Assembly: GCA_048939015.1 (NCBI GenBank)
Contig: JBHLPW010000031.1
Location: 1 to 56,285, forward strand
Direction: 5' to 3'
DNA: 56,285 nt
Origin: Promethearchaeota archaeon
GTDB taxonomy: Archaea > Asgardarchaeota > Lokiarchaeia > Sigyniarchaeales > SOKP01
Shown here piece after piece: positions 8,288-16,964 of this stretch. Position numbers and translations under genes: made by a program. Positions within the stretch are counted from its first letter, which is position 1; every line of letters starts with the position of its first letter. The notes beneath the pieces were generated by a model, which saw only the letters and a program-made list of their open reading frames with translations, did not search any database and was not told where the DNA came from.

Positions 8288-10189
8288 ATGAGTTTAATTA
8301 ATTATCCTCCAGAAGAAATACATAAAACACCTAAATTTGGAAAAAAAAATTTTGAACATATTATTCTCTGGATGTTATCAAATAATGATGAATGTCAATG
8401 GTCAGATTTTACTGAAACACCACTTGAACTTCGTCTATCTACCTTATCCAAATATCTTTCTATGTTGAAAGGTAGAGGTTACGTAGATAATTATACTCGA
8501 GGCCATTATAAGATAACTCCGGAAGGTAAGAAGAGATTTCATGAAGTATCTGGAGCTCTTAGGAAAAAAAGAAAATTGAATTATCCTCCCGATATTATCA
8601 AAAAAAGAAGGAATTATGATCATTGGATTCTTTGGATGGTTTATAATAACGATTTTTTGAAATGGTCAAACTTTCTTGAAGAACCACTTTCAATAAATCA
8701 ATCATCCTTATCAAAAAATATGAATTTGTTATTAGATAAAGGATTTGTAGTAAAAGAGAATAAGAGATACAGAATTACTCAATCAGGTAAATTAGAATAT
8801 TCAAGAATTTTGCAAAACTATGATTTAGATAGACAATCAATTTTAGATGAAGAAAGCAGACGAATTGAAGATATTGCAAAAAATACAATTAATTTTTTTG
8901 AAAAATATAGTATTAAGGATGAAGATATTCAATTTAGATTCCTCAACAATGTTCTAAGATTAGATTATACTCGTGTCAAAACTATGCTTACAGTTGAGGA
9001 AGAGTTTGACAAGATACTACTTTTTCTTTCTATTAACCATCCAGATCAGTATCCTGATTATATTTCAAAAAATGATTTTTCAAAAAAATTTGGGATAAAA
9101 AAATCAAAATTAGAATATTACATTGATGAGATTGTTGAAAATCAAATATATCCAATAAAGTTTTTTAAATTAACAGTATCACCGGAAACAGTTTATTATT
9201 TTCAGGAACAGGAGCGATTAGAAATTATGCTTCAAACTATTACTGAAGAGCATATCACTAAATTTACTTATTTAAACAAATTATTTTCAAGATCTATGGA
9301 TATTCGTGCTACGTTGGATGATATATTAGAGGATATATGTAATTTTTTGTTTGATGAGGAGTTAAAAAATTCGTTAGTAGAGTTTCTTCCAGAATATGTG
9401 AATTATTTAGCTTATAAAATTGAAGCTAAGGTGGAATTGAAGGAAACATTTGATAAATTAGAAGGAATAATCTGGCAGGATATGATAGATATTTTTCACA
9501 CTAGACGATTAGGAGACTTAAAAGAGCAGTATGAAGATATAATTAAACAGATAGACAAAGAAATTGAACAGAATCCCGACAATCTTGAATTGTACAATTC
9601 TAAAATAAAGGTTTTAATTTATTATGAGCAACTCGATGAGGTTTTACAACTACTAGATGAAATGTTAGAGATTTTTCCAGATAATGAAACAGATATCAAA
9701 ATGAAAAAAGCATCAGTACTTAGAATGATGAGAGGCGTACGCGCGGGTTTGGAAATTATTAATGAATTAATTGAAAAATATCCGGAAAATAATGATCTTC
9801 TTAATTATAAGGCCTATTGGCTTCAGTATTTAAATAAAAAAGAAGAAGCATTAGAGATTGCTCAAACTCTTACCACAAATGTACCCGATAATGGAACCTA
9901 CCACGATACATATGGAGAAATTTTAATGTATTATGAAGAATACGAAGAAGCTATCAAGAAATTCGAAAAAGCAATAGAAATAGGAGCTGATGAATGGTAT
10001 ATTAATCAAACATATATTAAACTTGGAATTTGTTATAAAGAACTTGGGAATTATAAATTAGCACTTGAAAATCTTAATAAGGGAAAACGGTTAACAGAAG
10101 AAATTGTTGTAGATGCTGAGACTAAACAAAAATGGAACAGTATAGCAGATCTATTTCTTTTAGAGATATCAGAGATGAAAGAAAAATAA
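8288..10189 (+). CDS. Putative transcription regulator: tandem winged-helix domains plus C-terminal TPRs, paralog 1
   Basis: Two internal repeats NYPP...ILWM...SxLSKxLxxLxxKGxV...YxITxxGK (MarR/ArsR-like wHTH). C-terminal TPRs such as YHDTYGEILMYYEEYEEAIKKFEKAIE. Confidence 0.8.
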   Translation: MSLINYPPEEIHKTPKFGKKNFEHIILWMLSNNDECQWSDFTETPLELRLSTLSKYLSMLKGRGYVDNYTRGHYKITPEGKKRFHEVSGALRKKRKLNYPPDIIKKRRNYDHWILWMVYNNDFLKWSNFLEEPLSINQSSLSKNMNLLLDKGFVVKENKRYRITQSGKLEYSRILQNYDLDRQSILDEESRRIEDIAKNTINFFEKYSIKDEDIQFRFLNNVLRLDYTRVKTMLTVEEEFDKILLFLSINHPDQYPDYISKNDFSKKFGIKKSKLEYYIDEIVENQIYPIKFFKLTVSPETVYYFQEQERLEIMLQTITEEHITKFTYLNKLFSRSMDIRATLDDILEDICNFLFDEELKNSLVEFLPEYVNYLAYKIEAKVELKETFDKLEGIIWQDMIDIFHTRRLGDLKEQYEDIIKQIDKEIEQNPDNLELYNSKIKVLIYYEQLDEVLQLLDEMLEIFPDNETDIKMKKASVLRMMRGVRAGLEIINELIEKYPENNDLLNYKAYWLQYLNKKEEALEIAQTLTTNVPDNGTYHDTYGEILMYYEEYEEAIKKFEKAIEIGADEWYINQTYIKLGICYKELGNYKLALENLNKGKRLTEEIVVDAETKQKWNSIADLFLLEISEMKEK

Positions 10190-10197
10190 TAAAAATA

Positions 10198-10752
10198 TTA
10201 AATTTGAAAAGCTAATTTCTTAGATTTATAATATAATTTTTCTATAATTGCATTAAAAGCTTCTATTACTCCTTGGCCTGTTTTTGCTGAAGTTATATAA
10301 TACCCTAAAAGGTTAAATTTATTGACTAAATTTTGAATTTCTGATTCATTTAAATCATTTTCATTAATTAAGTCGACCTTATTGGCAAATAAAACAACTG
10401 GTATATTGCCACAATATTTATTTAATTCATTATTCCAATTTTCTATATGCAATAAGCTGTCTTTTCCTAATTCATTTTCTTCAAGGCTATATACAATAAT
10501 ACATGCTCTACTTTCTTTATAAAATAAAGGATGGAGAAAATTAAAATCATCTTGACCTGCAATATCCCAAAATACTAATTTAATTATATCTCCATCAATT
10601 TCTTTTTCATATTTCGAGAATTGGGCTCCTATTGTCTTTATATAGTCTTTTTCAAAAGTTCCCTTAGTAAATTTGTTAATTAGGGAAGTTTTTCCAACTC
10701 CTCCATCACCTATTATAGATATTTTAAATCCAAATTCTTGGGAACTATTCAT
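10198..10752 (-). CDS. Rab/Ras-like small GTPase, paralog of 4638-5192
   Basis: GDGGVGKT, TIG, WDIAGQ, NKVD, SAK. Confidence 0.93.
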   Translation of the reverse strand: MNSSQEFGFKISIIGDGGVGKTSLINKFTKGTFEKDYIKTIGAQFSKYEKEIDGDIIKLVFWDIAGQDDFNFLHPLFYKESRACIIVYSLEENELGKDSLLHIENWNNELNKYCGNIPVVLFANKVDLINENDLNESEIQNLVNKFNLLGYYITSAKTGQGVIEAFNAIIEKLYYKSKKLAFQI

Positions 10753-10855
10753 CGATTTCTTTTGTTTTTCAAAATAAATGTACTTTAATGTAGAATTAGA
10801 TGTTGTCTAATATAAAATTTTAGCAATAAAACATGAAATTTTAACATTTTTCACA

Positions 10856-12814
10856 TTATAAGCTAACCATACTTTTAGGGACAAAAATTTCTGATATTAA
10901 AGTTTCAAGTAAGGGAAGGTCTTCTAGTTTAACAGTTTGATTAATTTGAAAAGACTTAAGCAAGTTTTGCCATATTTTTTCTTCCTTTTTGATCTTATCC
11001 TTGAAGTAGTCTACTTTTTGAAGTGCAAAATAGGAATCACCTTTAAAAATATAAGATATAAAAAACGGTGGAATAGATTTCATATGAAGTGTATACTCAC
11101 CGAAAATTGCCCTGTCAAGACCTTCAGAAAACATCTCTCTGATAAAATAATCAATCGTTGTCAGAAATCCACCAAAAAGATGTGATTCATAGGATTTTTC
11201 ACCAATAAAAGAGTGGGAGAACAATGGTGTACCTCCTTCTGATAAAATTAAAAGAAGTATTGGTTCTTCATCTGAAAGCTCAGGTACAACTATTCGTTTT
11301 TTTATCATATTTTCCATTTGCTCGTTCAACCCCGCGAGATTCAAACGTTCAGTTAAGGAAGCATTTGATTCTTTTAACTTCTCCCACATAATTTTTTGTT
11401 TGATTAATTCATCATGTTCATATGAAATTTTCATAGCTAATCGTTTCAAATTGTAAGATTCGGCTAGCTGTTGTGCTTGAGTTAGATATCGACGAGCTTC
11501 CTTTATATCAAAATTTAATAATGCTATTTTTGCTTTTAAAATATAAGCTTCGCAAAAAAATCGATAAGAATGCGTTGTTTCTGCTATATTCAATATTTGA
11601 GCTACATTTTCATTTATTTCATCAAGTACTTCACTATTATTATTCATACGAAATTCTACAAGAAGTAGGTCACATATTTGAATATATGTATTCAGTATTA
11701 AAACAAAGTCCCTAGTTTCTGTTTCAAGAGCTTGTTTGAATAATTCCTCTGCTTTAACTTTATCTCGAATCCGAGAACTCCTTTTTAACATTAAAGCTTT
11801 ATTGTATTTGTATATGAAATCGAGTTGACTGTCCGATGTTTGATTATGTATAATTTCCAAATGTTGAAAGTATTTTTGAGCAAGCTTAATATCACCCTTT
11901 TCAAGTGCGACATAAATTAAACTATCAAGACATCCCCCTATACCTGCTCTATAGAACGAAGGTTGGATTTCCTTGATATTTAAGTTTTTTTCCAAATATT
12001 CCAAAGCAAGATCATATTCACCCATTTCCAAATAAGTATTCCCAATGTTATTATATAAGGCTGCAGTCCATTGACTACTTTTAAATCCTTTTGTAACCTT
12101 TAAAGCTTTAAAATAATGTTCTAAACTTTTATCTATTTCTCCTGTAGTTTGATATGTAATTGCAATAAAACCATAGCACATTCCAAGCCAGTAATGATTA
12201 AATTTAATTTCTTTAGCGAGTGATAATGCCTTCTGGAAATATTCCATGGCGAAATTAGTTCTTCTTTTTCCTAAGAGCATAATTTGTCCTAATATTGCAT
12301 TAGCCCAAACAATTTCAAATGAAGTTCCAAGTTCTTTTTGCAAATTAAAAGTCCATTCTAAATATCTTTCTGCTAAATCTAAGTTACCTTCATTATAATG
12401 AATAAATGCTTTTAATAAATTTAAACGAGCTTTTCTTTGAATCATAACTTTCTTAGAAAGATTAGATAGGAGTTTAAACTCGGATTCGGCTTTTTCAATT
12501 ATTCTTTTTGCTTCATCATATTTCTCATAAATACTTAATCCAACAATATTAAAATATAATCCATCAAAAGATTGAAGGTGCTCATTGAGCTTCTGCCCTT
12601 CATTAAATATATGTTCACCTAGTTTTATTACTTCTTCACTATGGTTTAGATATGTTAAAACAAATCCCTTTAGATTCTGAAAATAACTTTTTTGTTGAGG
12701 ATTCAGCCCCTGATATTGAGTCTCATCATTCAATATTTCAAGAGCCTTCTCAAGTTTACCATCATCAAAAAGCTGTTCTGCTCTTGTTAATTCATTCAAT
12801 TCCGGAAGAGACAT
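10856..12814 (-). CDS. TPR-repeat protein with C-terminal longin-like domain, paralog 2
   Basis: Full-length similarity to 5502-7457 (KRSSRIRDK, KRLAMKISYEHD, LFGGFLT). Confidence 0.8.
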   Translation of the reverse strand: MSLPELNELTRAEQLFDDGKLEKALEILNDETQYQGLNPQQKSYFQNLKGFVLTYLNHSEEVIKLGEHIFNEGQKLNEHLQSFDGLYFNIVGLSIYEKYDEAKRIIEKAESEFKLLSNLSKKVMIQRKARLNLLKAFIHYNEGNLDLAERYLEWTFNLQKELGTSFEIVWANAILGQIMLLGKRRTNFAMEYFQKALSLAKEIKFNHYWLGMCYGFIAITYQTTGEIDKSLEHYFKALKVTKGFKSSQWTAALYNNIGNTYLEMGEYDLALEYLEKNLNIKEIQPSFYRAGIGGCLDSLIYVALEKGDIKLAQKYFQHLEIIHNQTSDSQLDFIYKYNKALMLKRSSRIRDKVKAEELFKQALETETRDFVLILNTYIQICDLLLVEFRMNNNSEVLDEINENVAQILNIAETTHSYRFFCEAYILKAKIALLNFDIKEARRYLTQAQQLAESYNLKRLAMKISYEHDELIKQKIMWEKLKESNASLTERLNLAGLNEQMENMIKKRIVVPELSDEEPILLLILSEGGTPLFSHSFIGEKSYESHLFGGFLTTIDYFIREMFSEGLDRAIFGEYTLHMKSIPPFFISYIFKGDSYFALQKVDYFKDKIKKEEKIWQNLLKSFQINQTVKLEDLPLLETLISEIFVPKSMVSL

Positions 12815-12904
12815 GTGTTTATTTAGTTTGGATTAAAATGCTATGAATTTATTAAGTTAATTAGTGTTTTAAATGTGTTGTAAAATTATTCTTTATTTTA
12901 AAAA

Positions 12905-14866
12905 TTAAATTCTATTAAATTTAGTATTTTTATTAATAAAGGTTTCTGTTATTAAAGATTCAAGTAAAGGGATGTCTTTTAAGTTAATAGACTGGTTTGC
13001 TTGAAAGAATTTAAGTAAATTTTGCCAAATAAATTCTTCTTTTTGTATACTATCGATAAAATTTTGCATTTTTTGATGAGCGTGATAAGAATCCCCTTTG
13101 AATATATAGGTAATAAAAAAGGGGGGAATAGATTTCATAAGGAGGGTATATTCACCGAAGATCGCGCGATCTAGACCTTCAGAAAACATTTCTTTAATAA
13201 AGTAATCAATAGTTGTTAAAAAACCACCAAAAAGATGTGACTCAAAAGATTTTTCATCTAAGAATGAGTGGGAGAATAAAGCTAAACCTCCTTCTGTTAT
13301 GATAAATAATGAAACAGGTTCTTCTTCTGACAGCTTAGGAATTTCAATCATTCGTTTTTTTACTATTTTCTCCATTTGCTCGCTTAATCCAGAGATTTTC
13401 CAGCGTTCGGGTAAAGAAGCCTCTGAATCTTTTAATTTTTCCCATAAATTTAATTGCTTTAGTAATTTATCATGTTCATGTGAAATTTTAATTGCCAATC
13501 GTTTGATCCCATAAATTTCCGCGATTTTTTGAGCTTGAGTTAGAAAACGTCGCGCTGCTTTCATATTAAAAGTTAATAAAGATAATTTGGCTTGCAATAT
13601 GAAAGTTTCACAAAAAACAAGAAAGGAATGTGCATTTTCAGCTATAGTTAATAATTGGGTAATATAATATTTGAGTTCATTAAGAACTTCAATATCATTA
13701 TTGATACGATATTCTGAAAGAAGCAAGTCACAAAGATGAATAAGTGCGTTAATTTTAAGATCAAAATGTAAAGTTTCTTTTTTGATGATTTTTTTTAATA
13801 ATTCCTCGGCTTTAACTTTATCTCGGATTCGAGAACTCCTTTTAAGTATTAATGCTTTAGTGTAATAGTAAAGCAATTCTACTTCACTATCTGTGCTTTG
13901 ATTATATATATTTTGTAATTGATGAAAATATTTTTGAGCTAGTTCAGTATCTCCCTTTTCGAGAGCTACATTGGTTAAACTATCTAGAACTCCTTCTATT
14001 TCTTTAGATTTCTTCTCACGGATTAATAAACTTCTTTCCAAATATTCTAAAGCAAGGTCATATTCACCTTTCTCGTAATACAATATCCCAATATTGTTTA
14101 ATAAACTCGCATTCCAAAAATCACTTTTAAATCCTTTTACAATTTTTAATGATTTCATATAATATTTTAAACTATTATCTAACTCTCCAATATTGCGATC
14201 TAATATCGCACTAAAACCGTGATATACAGCAATCCAATAGTGGTTAAATCTAATTTCTTTTGCACATAATAATAATTTCTTGAGGTAGGTCCTAGCAAGA
14301 TCAAATCTTCCCTTTACTAGAGCCATAATTTGTACCATCATTAAATTAGCCCAAACTATTTCGAATGTAATTCCAATCTTATTTTGCAAACTCAAAACTC
14401 CTTCTATACTTTTTTCTGCAAAATCTATTTTACCGTAATTCACATTAATCCAAGCTTTTAGTAAAGTTAAACGAGCGCCTCTTTGAAGGAAAATTTTTTT
14501 AGAAACAATATTAGGCATATGTTTCAAAAAAAGTTCAGCTTTTTCAATTAATGATGATGTTTCTTCAAATTTTTTATCAAGAATACATAATCCAATGAGT
14601 TTTAAAAGCAATCCATCAAAAGATTGGAGAATATCATTACAATTTTGACCTTCATTAAATAATTCTTGACCCCACTCAATAAGTTTTTTACTTTTGCGCT
14701 GGTATGTTAAAACTAAGCCTTTAAGAAACTGGTAATATTGTTTTTGCTCATGTGTAAGCTCCTCAAATTGGTTCTGATCATTTAATATTTCAAGAGCCTT
14801 CTCAAGCTCACCCTCATCAAAAAATTCTTCCGCTCTTGTTAATTGGCTTATCTTAGGAAGAGACAT
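12905..14866 (-). CDS. TPR-repeat protein with C-terminal longin-like domain, paralog 3
   Basis: Tandem paralog of 10856-12814. Confidence 0.8.
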   Translation of the reverse strand: MSLPKISQLTRAEEFFDEGELEKALEILNDQNQFEELTHEQKQYYQFLKGLVLTYQRKSKKLIEWGQELFNEGQNCNDILQSFDGLLLKLIGLCILDKKFEETSSLIEKAELFLKHMPNIVSKKIFLQRGARLTLLKAWINVNYGKIDFAEKSIEGVLSLQNKIGITFEIVWANLMMVQIMALVKGRFDLARTYLKKLLLCAKEIRFNHYWIAVYHGFSAILDRNIGELDNSLKYYMKSLKIVKGFKSDFWNASLLNNIGILYYEKGEYDLALEYLERSLLIREKKSKEIEGVLDSLTNVALEKGDTELAQKYFHQLQNIYNQSTDSEVELLYYYTKALILKRSSRIRDKVKAEELLKKIIKKETLHFDLKINALIHLCDLLLSEYRINNDIEVLNELKYYITQLLTIAENAHSFLVFCETFILQAKLSLLTFNMKAARRFLTQAQKIAEIYGIKRLAIKISHEHDKLLKQLNLWEKLKDSEASLPERWKISGLSEQMEKIVKKRMIEIPKLSEEEPVSLFIITEGGLALFSHSFLDEKSFESHLFGGFLTTIDYFIKEMFSEGLDRAIFGEYTLLMKSIPPFFITYIFKGDSYHAHQKMQNFIDSIQKEEFIWQNLLKFFQANQSINLKDIPLLESLITETFINKNTKFNRI

Positions 14867-15006
14867 ATATTCGTTTGAATTGGATTATAACCTTATAAAA
14901 ATATTAGGCTAATTAACATTTTAAATATAATGTAAAGGAGAAATATTTTCAAAACTTCAATACATTTTCTTCAATTATTATTAACGTTTATATAGAAAAA
15001 AAAGAA

Positions 15007-15100
15007 GTATTGAATGGAGGACCATTGGTTTAGTACTAACTACTTCTGGAAGTATTTTTTCTAACCCAACTCCTCCAATTCTATACCCTGATTTAAAATT
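15007..15100 (-). terminator. Conserved 3' stem-loop plus U-tract, copy 1
   Basis: Minus strand GTATAGAATTGGAGGA...TCCTCCATTCAATAC followed by a T-run. Repeated at 15805. Confidence 0.5.
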
Positions 15101-15142
15101 AAAATTTCCTTTTTTCACCCTCATTATTCTTTCTTATAAGGT

Positions 15143-15646
15143 TTAAGTAATATTTAACGTGTAAGTCAGAGTAACAAAAAGTCTCCATCCATAAACTTCA
15201 TCTCCATAATAAGGCTTTTGAACCCACATTTGATGTATGATTGTGTGCTCACCAACCTCAAAATAACCCGCTTCAAAAACATGATAAACAGCCCGCCATT
15301 TAAGGCCTGGAATACCAAATAACCCATCCGTATCAATCCACGTAAACCTCTGCAAAGCTATTTTTTCTCCATCAATCCATACTATATGTTTATATGGTTG
15401 CTGTGGGAAATATCCTATTTCATCTTCACTACATGCCGTCATAACACCCCATATACTTGGCTCATCCTGTGGAGCTTCTATCACTACATTTGGTTCCAAG
15501 CTGCTAATAACATTATACTGGAAATATTCCCATATGAATGGAGGGGCACCTGCTCTAGCTGTTGTAGTAAAACCTAAGATTGTTACCAAAACAGTTAGAC
15601 CTAATAAGACTTTTGGAACTAATTTCGATTTGCTAATTTTGATCAA
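15143..15646 (-). CDS. Hypothetical secreted protein
   Basis: Basic N-terminus, hydrophobic stretch and ARA|G cleavage-like site. Remainder looks beta-rich. Confidence 0.7.
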   Translation of the reverse strand: MIKISKSKLVPKVLLGLTVLVTILGFTTTARAGAPPFIWEYFQYNVISSLEPNVVIEAPQDEPSIWGVMTACSEDEIGYFPQQPYKHIVWIDGEKIALQRFTWIDTDGLFGIPGLKWRAVYHVFEAGYFEVGEHTIIHQMWVQKPYYGDEVYGWRLFVTLTYTLNIT

Positions 15647-15719
15647 CTCTTTTATTTAAATTTTAATTTTAAGTTTATCACCAATATGATGATCGAGAAA
15701 AGTTTGAGATTTTCTGCTA

Positions 15720-15773
15720 TTTATAATTAGGCATCCGTAAATTCCATGGAACATCCTTTTTTTAATGGAACTT
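15720..15773 (-). promoter_or_regulatory. Second conserved promoter/operator type, copy A
   Basis: Aligns without gaps to 16841-16894: TTTATAATT, three TCC units, ATGGAA. Confidence 0.6.
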
Positions 15774-15804
15774 TATTAGTAGAAAAATTAAAAATAAAAA
15801 AAAT

Positions 15805-15864
15805 GTATAGAATGGAGGATTAGTTAATCCAATCTCCTCCAATTCTATTCCCTGATTTAAAATT
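15805..15864 (-). terminator. Conserved 3' stem-loop plus U-tract, copy 2
   Basis: Minus strand TAGAATTGGAGGA...TCCTCCATTCTA followed by a T-run. Confidence 0.5.
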
Positions 15865-15916
15865 TTATTCTCCCTTTTTCACTTTAATATAATCATTTTC
15901 TGACTATACCCTGATT

Positions 15917-16327
15917 TTATCCTCTCTGTTTAACATAAGCAACAACAATAAGAACGAGAAGTAGGCTCATTATAACAATATCCATAACGCCTTGCATAGT
16001 AGCTTCAGTGGAGAATACAGAGCCAAATACCGCAACCAATGAAGCTTCCACAGCTATGTTAATTGGTAACCAAATACCCAAAACTTCATATGCGAGTTTA
16101 ATTTTTTCCCACTCCCAATCCTTATGGAGAAGTACTAATACGGCAAAAATTGTTACGATGAATAATGCTGCACCAAACATTCGTGGATGAGAAGGATTTT
16201 GCCACGTTGGCTCATTAAGGGTGGCCAAGAATATATCAGTTAGGAATACAAGCATTATCCCAAAAAATAAACTGACACCACCGTATGCTAAAATTGCAAT
16301 TTTTGTTAATTTTTTAATTTCAGTCAT
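15917..16327 (-). CDS. Four-helix membrane protein, paralog 1
   Basis: Four hydrophobic segments. Paralog of 16368-16760 (MTEIKK, WEKxKLxYE, YxKQR). Confidence 0.8.
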   Translation of the reverse strand: MTEIKKLTKIAILAYGGVSLFFGIMLVFLTDIFLATLNEPTWQNPSHPRMFGAALFIVTIFAVLVLLHKDWEWEKIKLAYEVLGIWLPINIAVEASLVAVFGSVFSTEATMQGVMDIVIMSLLLVLIVVAYVKQRG

Positions 16328-16367
16328 TTATTTCACTCAAATTTTTTTCAAATTTCTTTTTTTATAA

Positions 16368-16760
16368 TTATTCTCTTTGTTTAATATACGAGTAAACCCC
16401 AAGAACAAGCAATACAGACATTACTATCATATCCATAATAGTCTGAGAAATCATCATACTAGTAGGTGTACCAAATGCTAACCGTGTAGGTTCCAGGATC
16501 ATCATAGCTATTAACAAATAGTACAAGAATTCATATATCAGCTTTACTTTTTCCCATTCTCGATCTTTTTTAATTAGAATTAAGAATGCGAAAATTGCAA
16601 TTCCCAATAAAGTTGCACCATTGTATCTTACATTGAAAGGATTGGTTGTAGCATCTATAAGAAGAGGGACAGGAAAAAATAAACCCATAGGTCCATATAG
16701 TATATTAACGATACCGTATGCTAAAAGGGAAATCTTTGTAATCTTTTTTATTTCGGTCAA
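16368..16760 (-). CDS. Four-helix membrane protein, paralog 2
   Basis: Same architecture as 15917-16327; TTG start. Confidence 0.8.
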   Translation of the reverse strand: MTEIKKITKISLLAYGIVNILYGPMGLFFPVPLLIDATTNPFNVRYNGATLLGIAIFAFLILIKKDREWEKVKLIYEFLYYLLIAMMILEPTRLAFGTPTSMMISQTIMDMIVMSVLLVLGVYSYIKQRE

Positions 16761-16840
16761 TTTTTAAATCAACTCAATATCTTTGTTTTTTCGGTTTTAT
16801 CATCTTAATGATGACCAATATAAGTTTGAGAAATTGTGTG

Positions 16841-16894
16841 TTTATAATTGAGCTTCCGATAGTTCCGTGATAGTTCCATTGCATTATGGAAGTT
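16841..16894 (-). promoter_or_regulatory. Second conserved promoter/operator type, copy B
   Basis: GATAGTTCC direct repeats and a TTCCAT-N6-ATGGAA palindrome upstream of the TATA, divergent from wHTH-TPR paralog 2. Confidence 0.6.
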
Positions 16895-16964
16895 CTATGA
16901 AATAAATATAAATAGAAAAAAAAATGATCTTTAATTTAGAAATTTAAATTTATTTTTCTAAAAA

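Noticed and set aside
14982-15125. ~47-aa minus-strand ORF (MRVKKGNFNFKSGYRIGG...) across the hairpin
   Set aside because: The second copy has a stop and an indel in this frame, so the conservation fits RNA structure better than coding.
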